The notes under the pieces: generated by a model
Seen by the model: only the letters and a program-made list of their open reading frames with translations
What the model was told of the DNA's origin: nothing
The model's database searches: none
NCBI GenBank assembly: GCA_038257245.1
Contig: JBBSJL010000001.1
Coordinates: forward strand, 23,776 to 87,775
Direction: 5' to 3'
Length of the DNA stretch: 64,000 bases
From: Candidatus Saccharimonadales bacterium
Lineage (GTDB): Bacteria > Patescibacteriota > Saccharimonadia > Saccharimonadales > JACQNP01
Shown: piece after piece, positions 28,394 through 36,782 of the stretch
How positions within the stretch are numbered: position 1 is the first letter of the stretch
Layout: every line of letters starts with the position of its first letter
Position numbers and translations under genes: made by a program

Positions 28394-29302
28394 ATGAAAA
28401 ATACAAACAAAAATCACCAAAATCAACATTTTCCAGTACTTCTAGAAGAAGTGCTTTCATATCTAGATCCAAAGGAAGGGGAATCATACCTCGACTGTAC
28501 GGCTGGTTATGGCGGGCATGCTTCAAAAATATTGGAACGCACCTTAACTCCGGCGAAAGCCGTCTTAGTAGATCGCGATCAACAGGCAGTTGATTATTTG
28601 AATGATCAGTTTACGAGCGAAATAAATATAGTCCACACGGATTATCTAAATGCTGCTCAAAAGCTAGATAATGACAATAAACAATTCGACATGATTTTGG
28701 TAGACTTGGGCGTATCGTCACCACACCTCGACATAGCGAGTCGTGGGTTTAGTATTCGGACAGATGGACCACTAGACATGCGAATGGATAGCTCTCAATC
28801 AGTATCAGCAGAGACGATAGTTAATGGCTACGATGAAGACGATATAGTTGAGATCCTCCGTAAGTATGGTGAAGAGCCTAAAGCAAAAAAAATTGCCAAG
28901 CTAATAGTAGAAAATCGACCAATTACAACAACCACACAACTAGCAAATGTTGCTGCCCAAGCTTGGCCGGGTTATAGCAAGGTTCATCCTGCTACGCGAA
29001 CGTTCCAAGCAATACGCATAGCGGTAAATAGCGAATTGGAACAAATCCAACAAGCATTACCAATTTGGATAAATATGCTGAAGCCCGGTGGGCGAATAGT
29101 GATCATAAGTTTTCACAGTCTAGAAGATAGAATCGTGAAAGATATATTTAAAGAATATGCTGGTGATCACTACGACGCTTTACTGCAACTTCTGACAAAA
29201 AAGCCAGTTGCAGGCAGCAGCGATGAAATAGTTAACAATCCGCGAGCAAGAAGCGCAAAACTTCGAGCCGCAGTTAAAATAAAAACAAAAAGAACGGAGT
29301 AG
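28394..29302 (+). CDS. rsmH: 16S rRNA (cytosine1402-N4)-methyltransferase
   Basis: 302 aa. HFPVLLEEV start motif, DCTAGYGGH SAM site, DLGVSSPHLD, SFHSLEDR. Confidence 0.95.
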   Translation: MKNTNKNHQNQHFPVLLEEVLSYLDPKEGESYLDCTAGYGGHASKILERTLTPAKAVLVDRDQQAVDYLNDQFTSEINIVHTDYLNAAQKLDNDNKQFDMILVDLGVSSPHLDIASRGFSIRTDGPLDMRMDSSQSVSAETIVNGYDEDDIVEILRKYGEEPKAKKIAKLIVENRPITTTTQLANVAAQAWPGYSKVHPATRTFQAIRIAVNSELEQIQQALPIWINMLKPGGRIVIISFHSLEDRIVKDIFKEYAGDHYDALLQLLTKKPVAGSSDEIVNNPRARSAKLRAAVKIKTKRTE

Positions 29303-29382
29303 CTATGCCAATACAGGTAAAAAGCCTTTCCCGATCCTACAAAGTTAAGGTTCGAGTAGCCTAACAATAGGACGGTAACCAA

Positions 29383-29421
29383 GCCGGACTACTATCTAGG
29401 ATTGCATGATAGTAGTCCGGC
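29383..29421 (+). other. perfect 14-bp hairpin between rsmH and ftsL
   Basis: GCCGGACTACTATC (29383-96) / GATAGTAGTCCGGC (29408-21) with an 11-nt loop. No U-tract follows on either strand. Confidence 0.5.
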
Positions 29422-29459
29422 ACCAAAAATAATTTAAACAAAAACAAACATTAAAAAAC

Positions 29460-29807
29460 ATGACATATTCAAATTCATTATCAGTAAATCGGCAACGTCT
29501 TGTAGGAAAAAACCAAAATACTACAAAGATTAAAACGAGCGTTCAATCTATTGGCCCAGTAACTAATACGATTATTCTTATTGTGCTGGCATGTCTACTC
29601 GGTTTGCTTTATCTGACTCAGGTAACAAAGACCAATGCCTACAGCTATCAACTTAATAACTTGCGTAAAGAACAAACATCGCTCAATGAGGAGCAGGCGC
29701 AACTAGAAGTTGACTCAGCAAGATTACAAGCTTTAGATCGCGCTAAAAACAGTGAAGTTGCTAAAAACTTTGTATCGTTAGCACCAAGTGCAACTATCCA
29801 AAATTAA
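29460..29807 (+). CDS. ftsL: FtsL-like cell-division protein
   Basis: 115 aa. Single TM helix (IILIVLACLLGLLYL) followed by a coiled coil. Its position between rsmH and ftsI is canonical. Confidence 0.65.
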   Translation: MTYSNSLSVNRQRLVGKNQNTTKIKTSVQSIGPVTNTIILIVLACLLGLLYLTQVTKTNAYSYQLNNLRKEQTSLNEEQAQLEVDSARLQALDRAKNSEVAKNFVSLAPSATIQN

Positions 29808-29824
29808 GGTATAATAATAGTTGC

Positions 29825-31594
29825 ATGAGCAGCAAACAAAAAGGCTTACATTTAAGGCAAATAAGTCGCGTCCGTCTTTGGTATGCGATATTGCTATTTG
29901 TTACGGCAGCATTTATTGTTAGACTGTTTTATCTTCAGATTATCAGACACGATTTTTACAAAACCGCAGCCTTAAACAGTCAGCTAAAAGAATATGAAAT
30001 TCCTGCTAAAAGGGGAGTGATAGAAGCTCATAATGGTGACGGGGTTGTACCAATCGTGCTCAACGAGACAAAATATACCCTATTTGCAGACCCAAAGTTT
30101 ATTAAAGATCCTAAAGCTGCTGCAGAGGGTATACAGAGTATAATTGGTGGTGAAGTTAGTGAGTACGAAGAGTTAGCAAAAACACCTAATACAAGATATG
30201 TAATACTAGCTAAAAAACTTGACAAAGAACAAAGCGACAAACTCAATGAACTCGAACTAAAGGGTGTAGGAACCCGCGAAACAGATTATCGTACATATCC
30301 ACAAGGCGCTCTTGCTTCTCAGCTTTTGGGTTTTGTTAATGATGAAAACGAAGGTAACTATGGAATCGAGCAAGCACTTAATGACGAGCTCGACGGCACG
30401 GCAGGGTTGTTAAAAGCAATAACAGACGCTCAAGGAGTACCGCTAGCTTCTCAGAGACAAAATGTATTGGTTGAACCCAGCGGGGGGAAGAGAATTCTTT
30501 TGACAATTGATCTAGGTTTACAACAACGCCTAGAAGACATATTGAAAAAGGGGCTCGAAAATGCCAAGTCCGAATCAGGAGGCGCAATTGTAATTAACGT
30601 TAAAACAGGTGAAGTAAAGGCCATGGCAAATTATCCAACATATTCGCCAGCCGATTACACAAAAGTAGAAGATGCTTCGGTTTTCACTAACCCTGTTGTT
30701 AGCTCACCGCTAGAGGTTGGCTCTATTATGAAGCCTTTAACAACTGCAGCTGCGATAAACCAGGGAGTTGTCCATCGTTATACATCATATTTTGATCCTG
30801 GTTATTTCAAAGTTGATGATGCGACGATCACAAATATTGAAGAAGTCGGTGGGGCTACTACGAGGACTGTCCAGGATATAATCCAATTGTCATTAAACAC
30901 TGGCGCTACATGGTTACTCATGCAAATGGGTGGTGGCCAAATAAATCAAAAAGCAAGGAACACATGGCATGAATATATGACGAATCGATATCAATTCGGC
31001 AAACTTAGTGGAATCGAGCAAGGTTACGAGGCAGGGGGTACAATTCCGGATCCAAACGAGGGCTACGGCTTAAATATTCAATATGCTAACACGGCATTTG
31101 GCCAGGGTATGACGGCCACACCATTACAAATGGCGAGTGCGTTTGCGAGTGTTATTAACGGCGGAACGTATTATAAACCAACTCTAGTCGATAAAGTCAT
31201 TTCTGAAGATGGTACCATTGACGACAAACAACCACAGGTTGTAAAAGAAAATGTTGTCACAAAAGAAACATCCAAAGAGTTGTTAGACATACTAGAATAC
31301 GCGTTTTCAAAGAATCATACCTTTTATGGCTTGCCGAATCTTCGACCACAGTACCTGATGGGGGGCAAGACTGGAACAGCACAGGTTCCAGCTCCAGATG
31401 GTACTTATTATGAAGATAGATTTAACGGTACGTTTCTAGGCTTTGTCGGCGGTAATGAGCCAGAATACGTAGTTGCAGTAAGAGTAAACGAACCAAAGAT
31501 TGGTGGTTATGCAGGGTCAAAAGCCGCTGCGCCTATAGCCATGGAAATGTTAAATGTTCTGATAGACAATTATAATGTACTGCCCAAGAAGTAG
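29825..31594 (+). CDS. ftsI: class B penicillin-binding protein / peptidoglycan D,D-transpeptidase FtsI
   Basis: 589 aa. N-terminal TM anchor, SxxK (GSIMKP), SxN (SLN), KTG (GKTGTA). Confidence 0.9.
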   Translation: MSSKQKGLHLRQISRVRLWYAILLFVTAAFIVRLFYLQIIRHDFYKTAALNSQLKEYEIPAKRGVIEAHNGDGVVPIVLNETKYTLFADPKFIKDPKAAAEGIQSIIGGEVSEYEELAKTPNTRYVILAKKLDKEQSDKLNELELKGVGTRETDYRTYPQGALASQLLGFVNDENEGNYGIEQALNDELDGTAGLLKAITDAQGVPLASQRQNVLVEPSGGKRILLTIDLGLQQRLEDILKKGLENAKSESGGAIVINVKTGEVKAMANYPTYSPADYTKVEDASVFTNPVVSSPLEVGSIMKPLTTAAAINQGVVHRYTSYFDPGYFKVDDATITNIEEVGGATTRTVQDIIQLSLNTGATWLLMQMGGGQINQKARNTWHEYMTNRYQFGKLSGIEQGYEAGGTIPDPNEGYGLNIQYANTAFGQGMTATPLQMASAFASVINGGTYYKPTLVDKVISEDGTIDDKQPQVVKENVVTKETSKELLDILEYAFSKNHTFYGLPNLRPQYLMGGKTGTAQVPAPDGTYYEDRFNGTFLGFVGGNEPEYVVAVRVNEPKIGGYAGSKAAAPIAMEMLNVLIDNYNVLPKK

Positions 31595-31616
31595 AGTATA
31601 ATGTGAAAGTAATAAA

Positions 31617-32657
31617 ATGCCAGAAATAATACAGTTATCACTAGAAACAAACACGTTAATCCGAATTCTCCTTCTAGGTTTCGGTTGTTTTGTTCTGAGC
31701 ATGTTGATTACGCCAATATACACCTACGTCGCATATAAAGGTAAGTGGTGGAAACAACAGCGTACGGATGCGTGGGCTGGCGGCGAAGCAAAAGTATACA
31801 AAAAACTCCACGCAGAAAAACATAAGCGGAATATCCCGACGATGGCGGGCTTAATATTTGTAGCCTCAATTGTGATAACAACTATTTTATTTAATCTAGA
31901 TCGTTCTCAAACATGGCTTCCGTTGGCTGGCATGATTTTTGCGGGTATAATTGGGCTAATTGATGACTGGATGAACATTCGAGGAGGCGGAACGGGTGTT
32001 GCTGGGATGCGTTCTAAAATTAAGTTTACTCTACATAGCGTAGTTGCGTTGATGGGTGGTTGGTGGTTTTGGGCAAAACTTGACGTTACAAGTGTTCAGG
32101 TTCCAGGGCTTGGACAACTTTATTTAGGTGTAATCGTAGTCATTCTATTCTGGTTGGTTGTGGTTGCTACAGCCAATGCTGTGAATATCTCTGATGGTCT
32201 AGATGGCCTAGCAGGAGGGCTTTTATCTACTTCGTTTGCGGTGTATGCAGTCATAACGGCAATTCAGGGTAAATACGCTCTTGCGGCGTTCTGTGCAGCT
32301 GCTGTAGGTGCGCTACTCAGTTATACGTGGTTCAATATCTATCCTGCTAGGTTTTTTATGGGTGATGTTGGCTCATTTGCACTAGGAACCGCACTAGGCA
32401 TAATTGCTATGCAAACAGACACGATCTTCATTTTGCCAATAATCGGAATTGTTTTTGTGGCAGAGACGGGCTCGGTTATCATTAATCGAGCATCCAAAAA
32501 ATTAAGAAATGGCAAAAAAGTTTTCCTTTCATCACCTATACATCATCATTTTGAAGCCATTGGTTGGCCAGAAACAAAAATAACAATGCGGTTTTGGGTT
32601 CTTGGCCACGTTGCGGGCGTAGTTGGTCTTGCCATATTCTTGCTTGGTAGGACGTAG
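31617..32657 (+). CDS. mraY: phospho-N-acetylmuramoyl-pentapeptide transferase
   Basis: 346 aa, 10-TM pattern. NAVNISDGLDGLA and FMGDVGS motifs. Confidence 0.95.
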   Translation: MPEIIQLSLETNTLIRILLLGFGCFVLSMLITPIYTYVAYKGKWWKQQRTDAWAGGEAKVYKKLHAEKHKRNIPTMAGLIFVASIVITTILFNLDRSQTWLPLAGMIFAGIIGLIDDWMNIRGGGTGVAGMRSKIKFTLHSVVALMGGWWFWAKLDVTSVQVPGLGQLYLGVIVVILFWLVVVATANAVNISDGLDGLAGGLLSTSFAVYAVITAIQGKYALAAFCAAAVGALLSYTWFNIYPARFFMGDVGSFALGTALGIIAMQTDTIFILPIIGIVFVAETGSVIINRASKKLRNGKKVFLSSPIHHHFEAIGWPETKITMRFWVLGHVAGVVGLAIFLLGRT

Positions 32658-32659
32658 AT

Positions 32660-33925
32660 ATGACAAGTAGTCGTGCCAGGAGGGCGTCTGTGATCAACAA
32701 GAATGGGCCAAAACAGAGACGCCATCGGCCAGATTATTGGTTGATTATACTAGCATCTATTCTACTGGTCATTGGTTTAGTAGTTGTGTATTCAATAAGC
32801 CCAGGGCTGGCAGCACAGAGTAGCGTTAGCGATAATTACTACTCCTCCAAACAAGTCATTTCAATTATCTTAGGCATTGTCGCTTTTGTTGGGGCTTCAT
32901 ACGTACCAATTGATAGGTGGAAAAATTATGAAAAGCCAATGATTATATTATCGGTGATTGCGTCAATTGCCGTCGTGGCTTTTGGGGAACGAATTAACGG
33001 TGCTTTTCGCTGGATACAAATAGGTGGATTTTCTTTTCAGGCGGTAGAGCTTATTAAATTTACGCTGCTATTTTGGTTAGCGGGCTTTCTTACTCAGCGG
33101 GCTAATAGCAATGAGCTGCATAGTGATAAGAAAACAACTCAGCCATTGCTTGTACTATTGTTCATAATTGCCTTAGTAGTTGCAAACCCAGCCCTCCAAA
33201 GCGATCTAGGGTCAACCGGTGTCTTAGTGGCAATGATTGCAGCAATGACATTTGTGGTAGCTTTGCCGATGAAGAGGGTTCTAGGCATTGGACTTATCGT
33301 TATCATAGGCACTACTTTATTGATCGCTTCCTCACCTTATCGACGAGATAGGTTGCAAACCTATCTACAACCAGAAAGAGATTGTCAAAACAGTGGTTAT
33401 CAGGCGTGCCAGGCTTTGATTGCGGTTGGTTCCGGGGGCGTATTCGGTAAAGGTATCGCCCATAGTGTCCAGGCTTATGGATATTTACCAGAAGCGGCAA
33501 ATGATTCAATCTTTGCGATATACGCTGAGAAATTCGGTTTCGTTGGGGTCTCAATCATACTAGTTTTGTTTGCCACGTTGTTTACAAGGTTAAAAAATGT
33601 TATTGAAAAGGCGCCCAATATTTACAGTAGGTTACTAGTTACTGGTGTCTTAGCCTGGCTTAGTACCCAGGCAATCATAAATATTGGCGCGATGATTGGT
33701 CTTCTCCCACTTAAGGGCATAACATTGCCATTTATTAGTTACGGAGGTACCAGTATAATATTTGTTATGGCTTCACTGGGGGTCGTGTTTAATATATCAA
33801 GATATACTACTTTTGCAATCAATAATAGCCTAGATAACGAAGGGAAAAATAGTGAAGATTCTACTGACCGGCGGGGGAACAGGCGGGCATATTATGCCCC
33901 TTCTGGCCGTCGCCCACGAACTTAA
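32660..33925 (+). CDS. ftsW: SEDS-family peptidoglycan polymerase FtsW
   Basis: 421 aa polytopic. FQAVELIKF, ESDLGS-like QSDLGS, PEAANDSIFA, LPFISYGGTS motifs. R/G-rich C-terminal tail. Confidence 0.9.
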   Translation: MTSSRARRASVINKNGPKQRRHRPDYWLIILASILLVIGLVVVYSISPGLAAQSSVSDNYYSSKQVISIILGIVAFVGASYVPIDRWKNYEKPMIILSVIASIAVVAFGERINGAFRWIQIGGFSFQAVELIKFTLLFWLAGFLTQRANSNELHSDKKTTQPLLVLLFIIALVVANPALQSDLGSTGVLVAMIAAMTFVVALPMKRVLGIGLIVIIGTTLLIASSPYRRDRLQTYLQPERDCQNSGYQACQALIAVGSGGVFGKGIAHSVQAYGYLPEAANDSIFAIYAEKFGFVGVSIILVLFATLFTRLKNVIEKAPNIYSRLLVTGVLAWLSTQAIINIGAMIGLLPLKGITLPFISYGGTSIIFVMASLGVVFNISRYTTFAINNSLDNEGKNSEDSTDRRGNRRAYYAPSGRRPRT

Positions 33926-35012
33926 GAAACAAAATCCAGACTGTAAGATAGTTTATGTTGGCGAAAGAAACGGTAAATATATTAGTATGCTTGATGGCAA
34001 TGTTGATATTGATGATTTTCGCAGTATTTTTGCTGGCAAGTTCCGACGCTATCATGGTGAGTCATGGTTTAACAGACTGACAGATATAAAAACCCTACTA
34101 TTAAACGTTAGGGACTTTCTATATTTACTCATAGGAACAGCACAGAGCTTGTTAATCGTTAGAAGAATAGACCCAGATGTAATTTTTCTAAAAGGCGGTT
34201 TCGTAGGTGTGCCCATAGGCCTAAGTGGAGCATTTTGGGGTAAGAAGATGGTTACTCACGATTCGGATGCTGCCTCTGGGTTGGCTAATCGACTTATAAG
34301 TCGCTGGGTAATGTATCATGCAACCGCTATGTCAGCCCAATACTATAAATATCCAGGAGAGGCAGTTAAGCACGTCGGGGTGCTGGTCGGGTCTGATTAT
34401 AAATATGTAAGTTCAAAGCTAAGTCATGCATATAGGCAGGAACTGGACATTCCTACTGATGCGAAAGTTTTAATGATTACTGGCGGCAGTCATGGCGCAG
34501 CAGCTATCAATCAGGAAATTGCTAGGTTCGCCATGACTTATCTTAAAAAAGACGATAAATTGCACATGATCCATATAGCCGGCAAGGGCAAGACGGGTGT
34601 TTATGAGGATATATCTCATCCACGCCTACAGATACACGAGCTAGTATCGGACATGTTCAAATATAGTGGTGCCGCTGATGTTATTGTTACTCGAGCGGGG
34701 GCTAACACATTAGCCGAATTTGGTGTTCAGGCAAAATCCTGCGTAGTTGTCCCAAATCCTTTGCTAACTGGCGGCCACCAACTAATAAACGCTGAATATT
34801 TAGCCGCTAATGAAGCAGCTATAATTGTAGATGAAAACACCTTTGGGGAAGAACAGGGAAGTGTTCTCTGGTCTGAAATCGACACATTATTATATAAGGA
34901 CCAGAAACTTGCAAAGAAGCTGGCAGATAATTTCCATACAATAACTATCAAAGATGCAGCAAAGCAGATAGCCAAACTATTAATAAATATTTCAAACGGT
35001 GATGTCGACTGA
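33852..35012 (+). CDS. murG: UDP-GlcNAc:lipid I N-acetylglucosaminyltransferase
   Basis: The GTG start is needed to include the G-loop (ILLTGGGTGGHIMP). It overlaps the ftsW 3' end by 74 nt. C-terminal RAGANTLAE motif. Confidence 0.9.
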   Translation: MKILLTGGGTGGHIMPLLAVAHELKKQNPDCKIVYVGERNGKYISMLDGNVDIDDFRSIFAGKFRRYHGESWFNRLTDIKTLLLNVRDFLYLLIGTAQSLLIVRRIDPDVIFLKGGFVGVPIGLSGAFWGKKMVTHDSDAASGLANRLISRWVMYHATAMSAQYYKYPGEAVKHVGVLVGSDYKYVSSKLSHAYRQELDIPTDAKVLMITGGSHGAAAINQEIARFAMTYLKKDDKLHMIHIAGKGKTGVYEDISHPRLQIHELVSDMFKYSGAADVIVTRAGANTLAEFGVQAKSCVVVPNPLLTGGHQLINAEYLAANEAAIIVDENTFGEEQGSVLWSEIDTLLYKDQKLAKKLADNFHTITIKDAAKQIAKLLINISNGDVD

Positions 35013-35941
35013 TGTTGGGTAAAAAGAAAAATAATAATATCAAGACTCGGCAAGGCAGAAAAGCTCCATCTTCTGCGCAGAACGGCAAAAATAATAACAA
35101 GGTATTCTCGTACTACTCGAGTCGTTCCCAGATAGAAACTGCCCGACCACGCAACGACACTTTTGATCAAAAAACCAAGACATCCAACAGAGACCTCAGA
35201 CATATCCCAACTCTGTTTGCGTTACTTGTAATTGTTTTTTCGATAGGATATGCAACGATGATCAATACGGCTAATCCCAAAATTGTTCCATTGTCACCAA
35301 CGTCAATATCTATACTAAAGCAGACAGACTATTACCAACAGAGCTTCGAGGATATATTGAGTGAAAGCATTATGAGTAAATCAAAAATAACGATTGATAC
35401 CAAAGATCTAGAGAAAAAAATACTCAAAAAACACCCTGAACTACAAGATGTTTCAATCAACATCCCCCTTGTTAGCAAAAGGCCAGTTATTCAAATAAGT
35501 CCTGCTATCCCAGTTCTGATAATAACCTCAAATACAGGAGAGTTTGTCATAGGTGATAACGGTAAAGTTCTTATGAATATGTCAGAAGTCCCAGAAAACC
35601 AATACCAGGGATTGATAAGGGTAAAAGACAGTGTTATAAGTGATATTGGCGTAGGCGAAACAGTTTTACCCCTTTCGACGTTAGAGTTCATAGACGACAT
35701 AAAATATCAGTTTCAACAGAGAAACTTCGAAGCTGAATATATAGAATTACCCGCAATAGCTAACGAACTACATGTTAGACCCAGAGGGGAAGGGTACATA
35801 GTTAAATATAATCTACAGATTGATGCCAGGGAACAGACTGGTGTTTACTTTACGCTTCTAGATAAGTTAAAAGCTGAATCAGCTGCATTGCCAAAGGAAT
35901 ACATAGACGTCCGCATAGAGTCCAGGGCATATTATAAGTAA
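35012..35941 (+). CDS. ftsQ: FtsQ/DivIB-like cell-division protein
   Basis: Start overlaps the murG stop. Basic cytoplasmic N-terminus, single TM helix, POTRA-like ectodomain. The call is largely positional. Confidence 0.6.
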   Translation: MLGKKKNNNIKTRQGRKAPSSAQNGKNNNKVFSYYSSRSQIETARPRNDTFDQKTKTSNRDLRHIPTLFALLVIVFSIGYATMINTANPKIVPLSPTSISILKQTDYYQQSFEDILSESIMSKSKITIDTKDLEKKILKKHPELQDVSINIPLVSKRPVIQISPAIPVLIITSNTGEFVIGDNGKVLMNMSEVPENQYQGLIRVKDSVISDIGVGETVLPLSTLEFIDDIKYQFQQRNFEAEYIELPAIANELHVRPRGEGYIVKYNLQIDAREQTGVYFTLLDKLKAESAALPKEYIDVRIESRAYYK

Positions 35942-36017
35942 GTCCCCGATCCCTCTACCCTGACAGTTCGTAATTTGTTCATATTAGTGTACTTATAAAA
36001 CATACAAAAAAACTATA

Positions 36018-36492
36018 CGATAATGCCAAAAGGGCAGAATGTCAAATATTTATGTAACAACAGCGTAGTGTAGGGGAAAGACCACAAATAATATCAAAGT
36101 AGTGAAAAAGCAAACATTTCACGACAAGGCTGTGGAAAAGTCAAGCATTGCACAAACATACAACATCAAGAGTAGCTACTAAGTATGCCGCCGCCGGCAA
36201 AGCGCAATAGTTAAGCCAGGATCAAGTAAACAGTCAAAAGCAGCGGTTAGTAATAAAAAGTCCCCTACGCAGGCGGGTATAAGTTATCAACTATTAACAG
36301 GTATTGCGAGTCGCAAAAGGTATATTGTGCGACATCATGTCTATGTGTATGTTTGTTGTTTTGGTATTGCTGCCTGCCACGTTGTCTCCGTGTTAGTCTC
36401 GATTACCTAAGCTTATTTGCTTTCTCTATCACTTGCCCTACTTAGTGCCCAGCTGTTACGTTCTTGGTTGTTGTCATTGTTTTAGTTTATCG
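36018..36492. repeat. ~475-nt element: two collinear imperfect inverted-repeat arms (36018-36162; 36346-36492) around a ~180-nt G+C-richer core
   Basis: Collinear complementary blocks:
- CGATAA 36018 / TTATCG 36487
- GTAACA 36054 / TGTTAC 36454
- GTAGGG 36070 / CCCTAC 36436
- AGTGA 36101 / TCACT 36429
- AAAGCAAA 36107 / TTTGCTTT 36416
- GTGG 36132 / CCAC 36377
- ACAAACATACA 36152 / TGTATGTTTGT 36346. Confidence 0.6.
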
Positions 36493-36697
36493 AAAAAAAA
36501 TAGTTGGTGTTTGGTGTTCGTAAAATGTTCTTAGTTATGAAATTATCTTTTTGCTAGTATTGTTGAGCGGTTACTTCAAGTACATTATCCGTGCGTGTCA
36601 GAACCTCTTTAAACGATGCGGTTTCATAGTAACCCGAGTAGTCTAAATATATGTATCGTAAAAATGTTGGCTCGTCGGAATCGAGTGACCCACAATT

Positions 36698-36724
36698 ACT
36701 GAGACGAACGATGTTCGTCTCAGT
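36698..36724 (-). terminator. perfect 12-bp hairpin downstream of the sigma-r4/HARE-HTH gene (possible terminator, no U-tract)
   Basis: ACTGAGACGAAC (36698-709), loop GAT, GTTCGTCTCAGT (36713-24). Lies ~60 nt past the stop codon of 36783-37835. Confidence 0.4.
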
Positions 36725-36782
36725 ATCAAATTCAGGAAGTTCTAGCCTTAAATAGCGTACTTGCTTGATGTGCCATTACTTT

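Noticed and set aside
34727-35203. Long antisense or alternate-frame ORFs in the track: 34727-35203(-), 43195-43680(+), 49591-50133(+), 12604-13044(-), 6365-6760(-), 46226-46612(+), 53050-53397(+), 25338-25655(+).
   Set aside because: Each lies entirely inside a well-supported conserved gene on the other strand or frame. Each has a low-complexity or Ser/Leu/Arg-rich 'shadow' composition and no RBS or motif. They are treated as non-coding shadows.
36033-36060. dif-like XerD half-site TTATGTAACAA (36050-60) in the ORF-free region at the orientation switch. A weaker look-alike occurs around 36642-36668.
   Set aside because: The expected palindromic XerC arm (…CATAA/…AGAA) 6 bp to the left is absent; that position reads GGCAGAATGTC. 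Only a half-site match exists, and no xerC/xerD is in the window. It is kept only as a thing to test on the full genome.
36000-36540. RNase P / tmRNA motifs inside the ORF-free region (AGGGGAAAGACC at 36071-82; AAAAAGTCCCC at 36256-66; GGAATCGAGTGACC at 36677-90).
   Set aside because: Each is only a partial resemblance to the GGAAAGUCC motif or to a T-arm. The order and spacing of the motifs do not fit either RNA on either strand.
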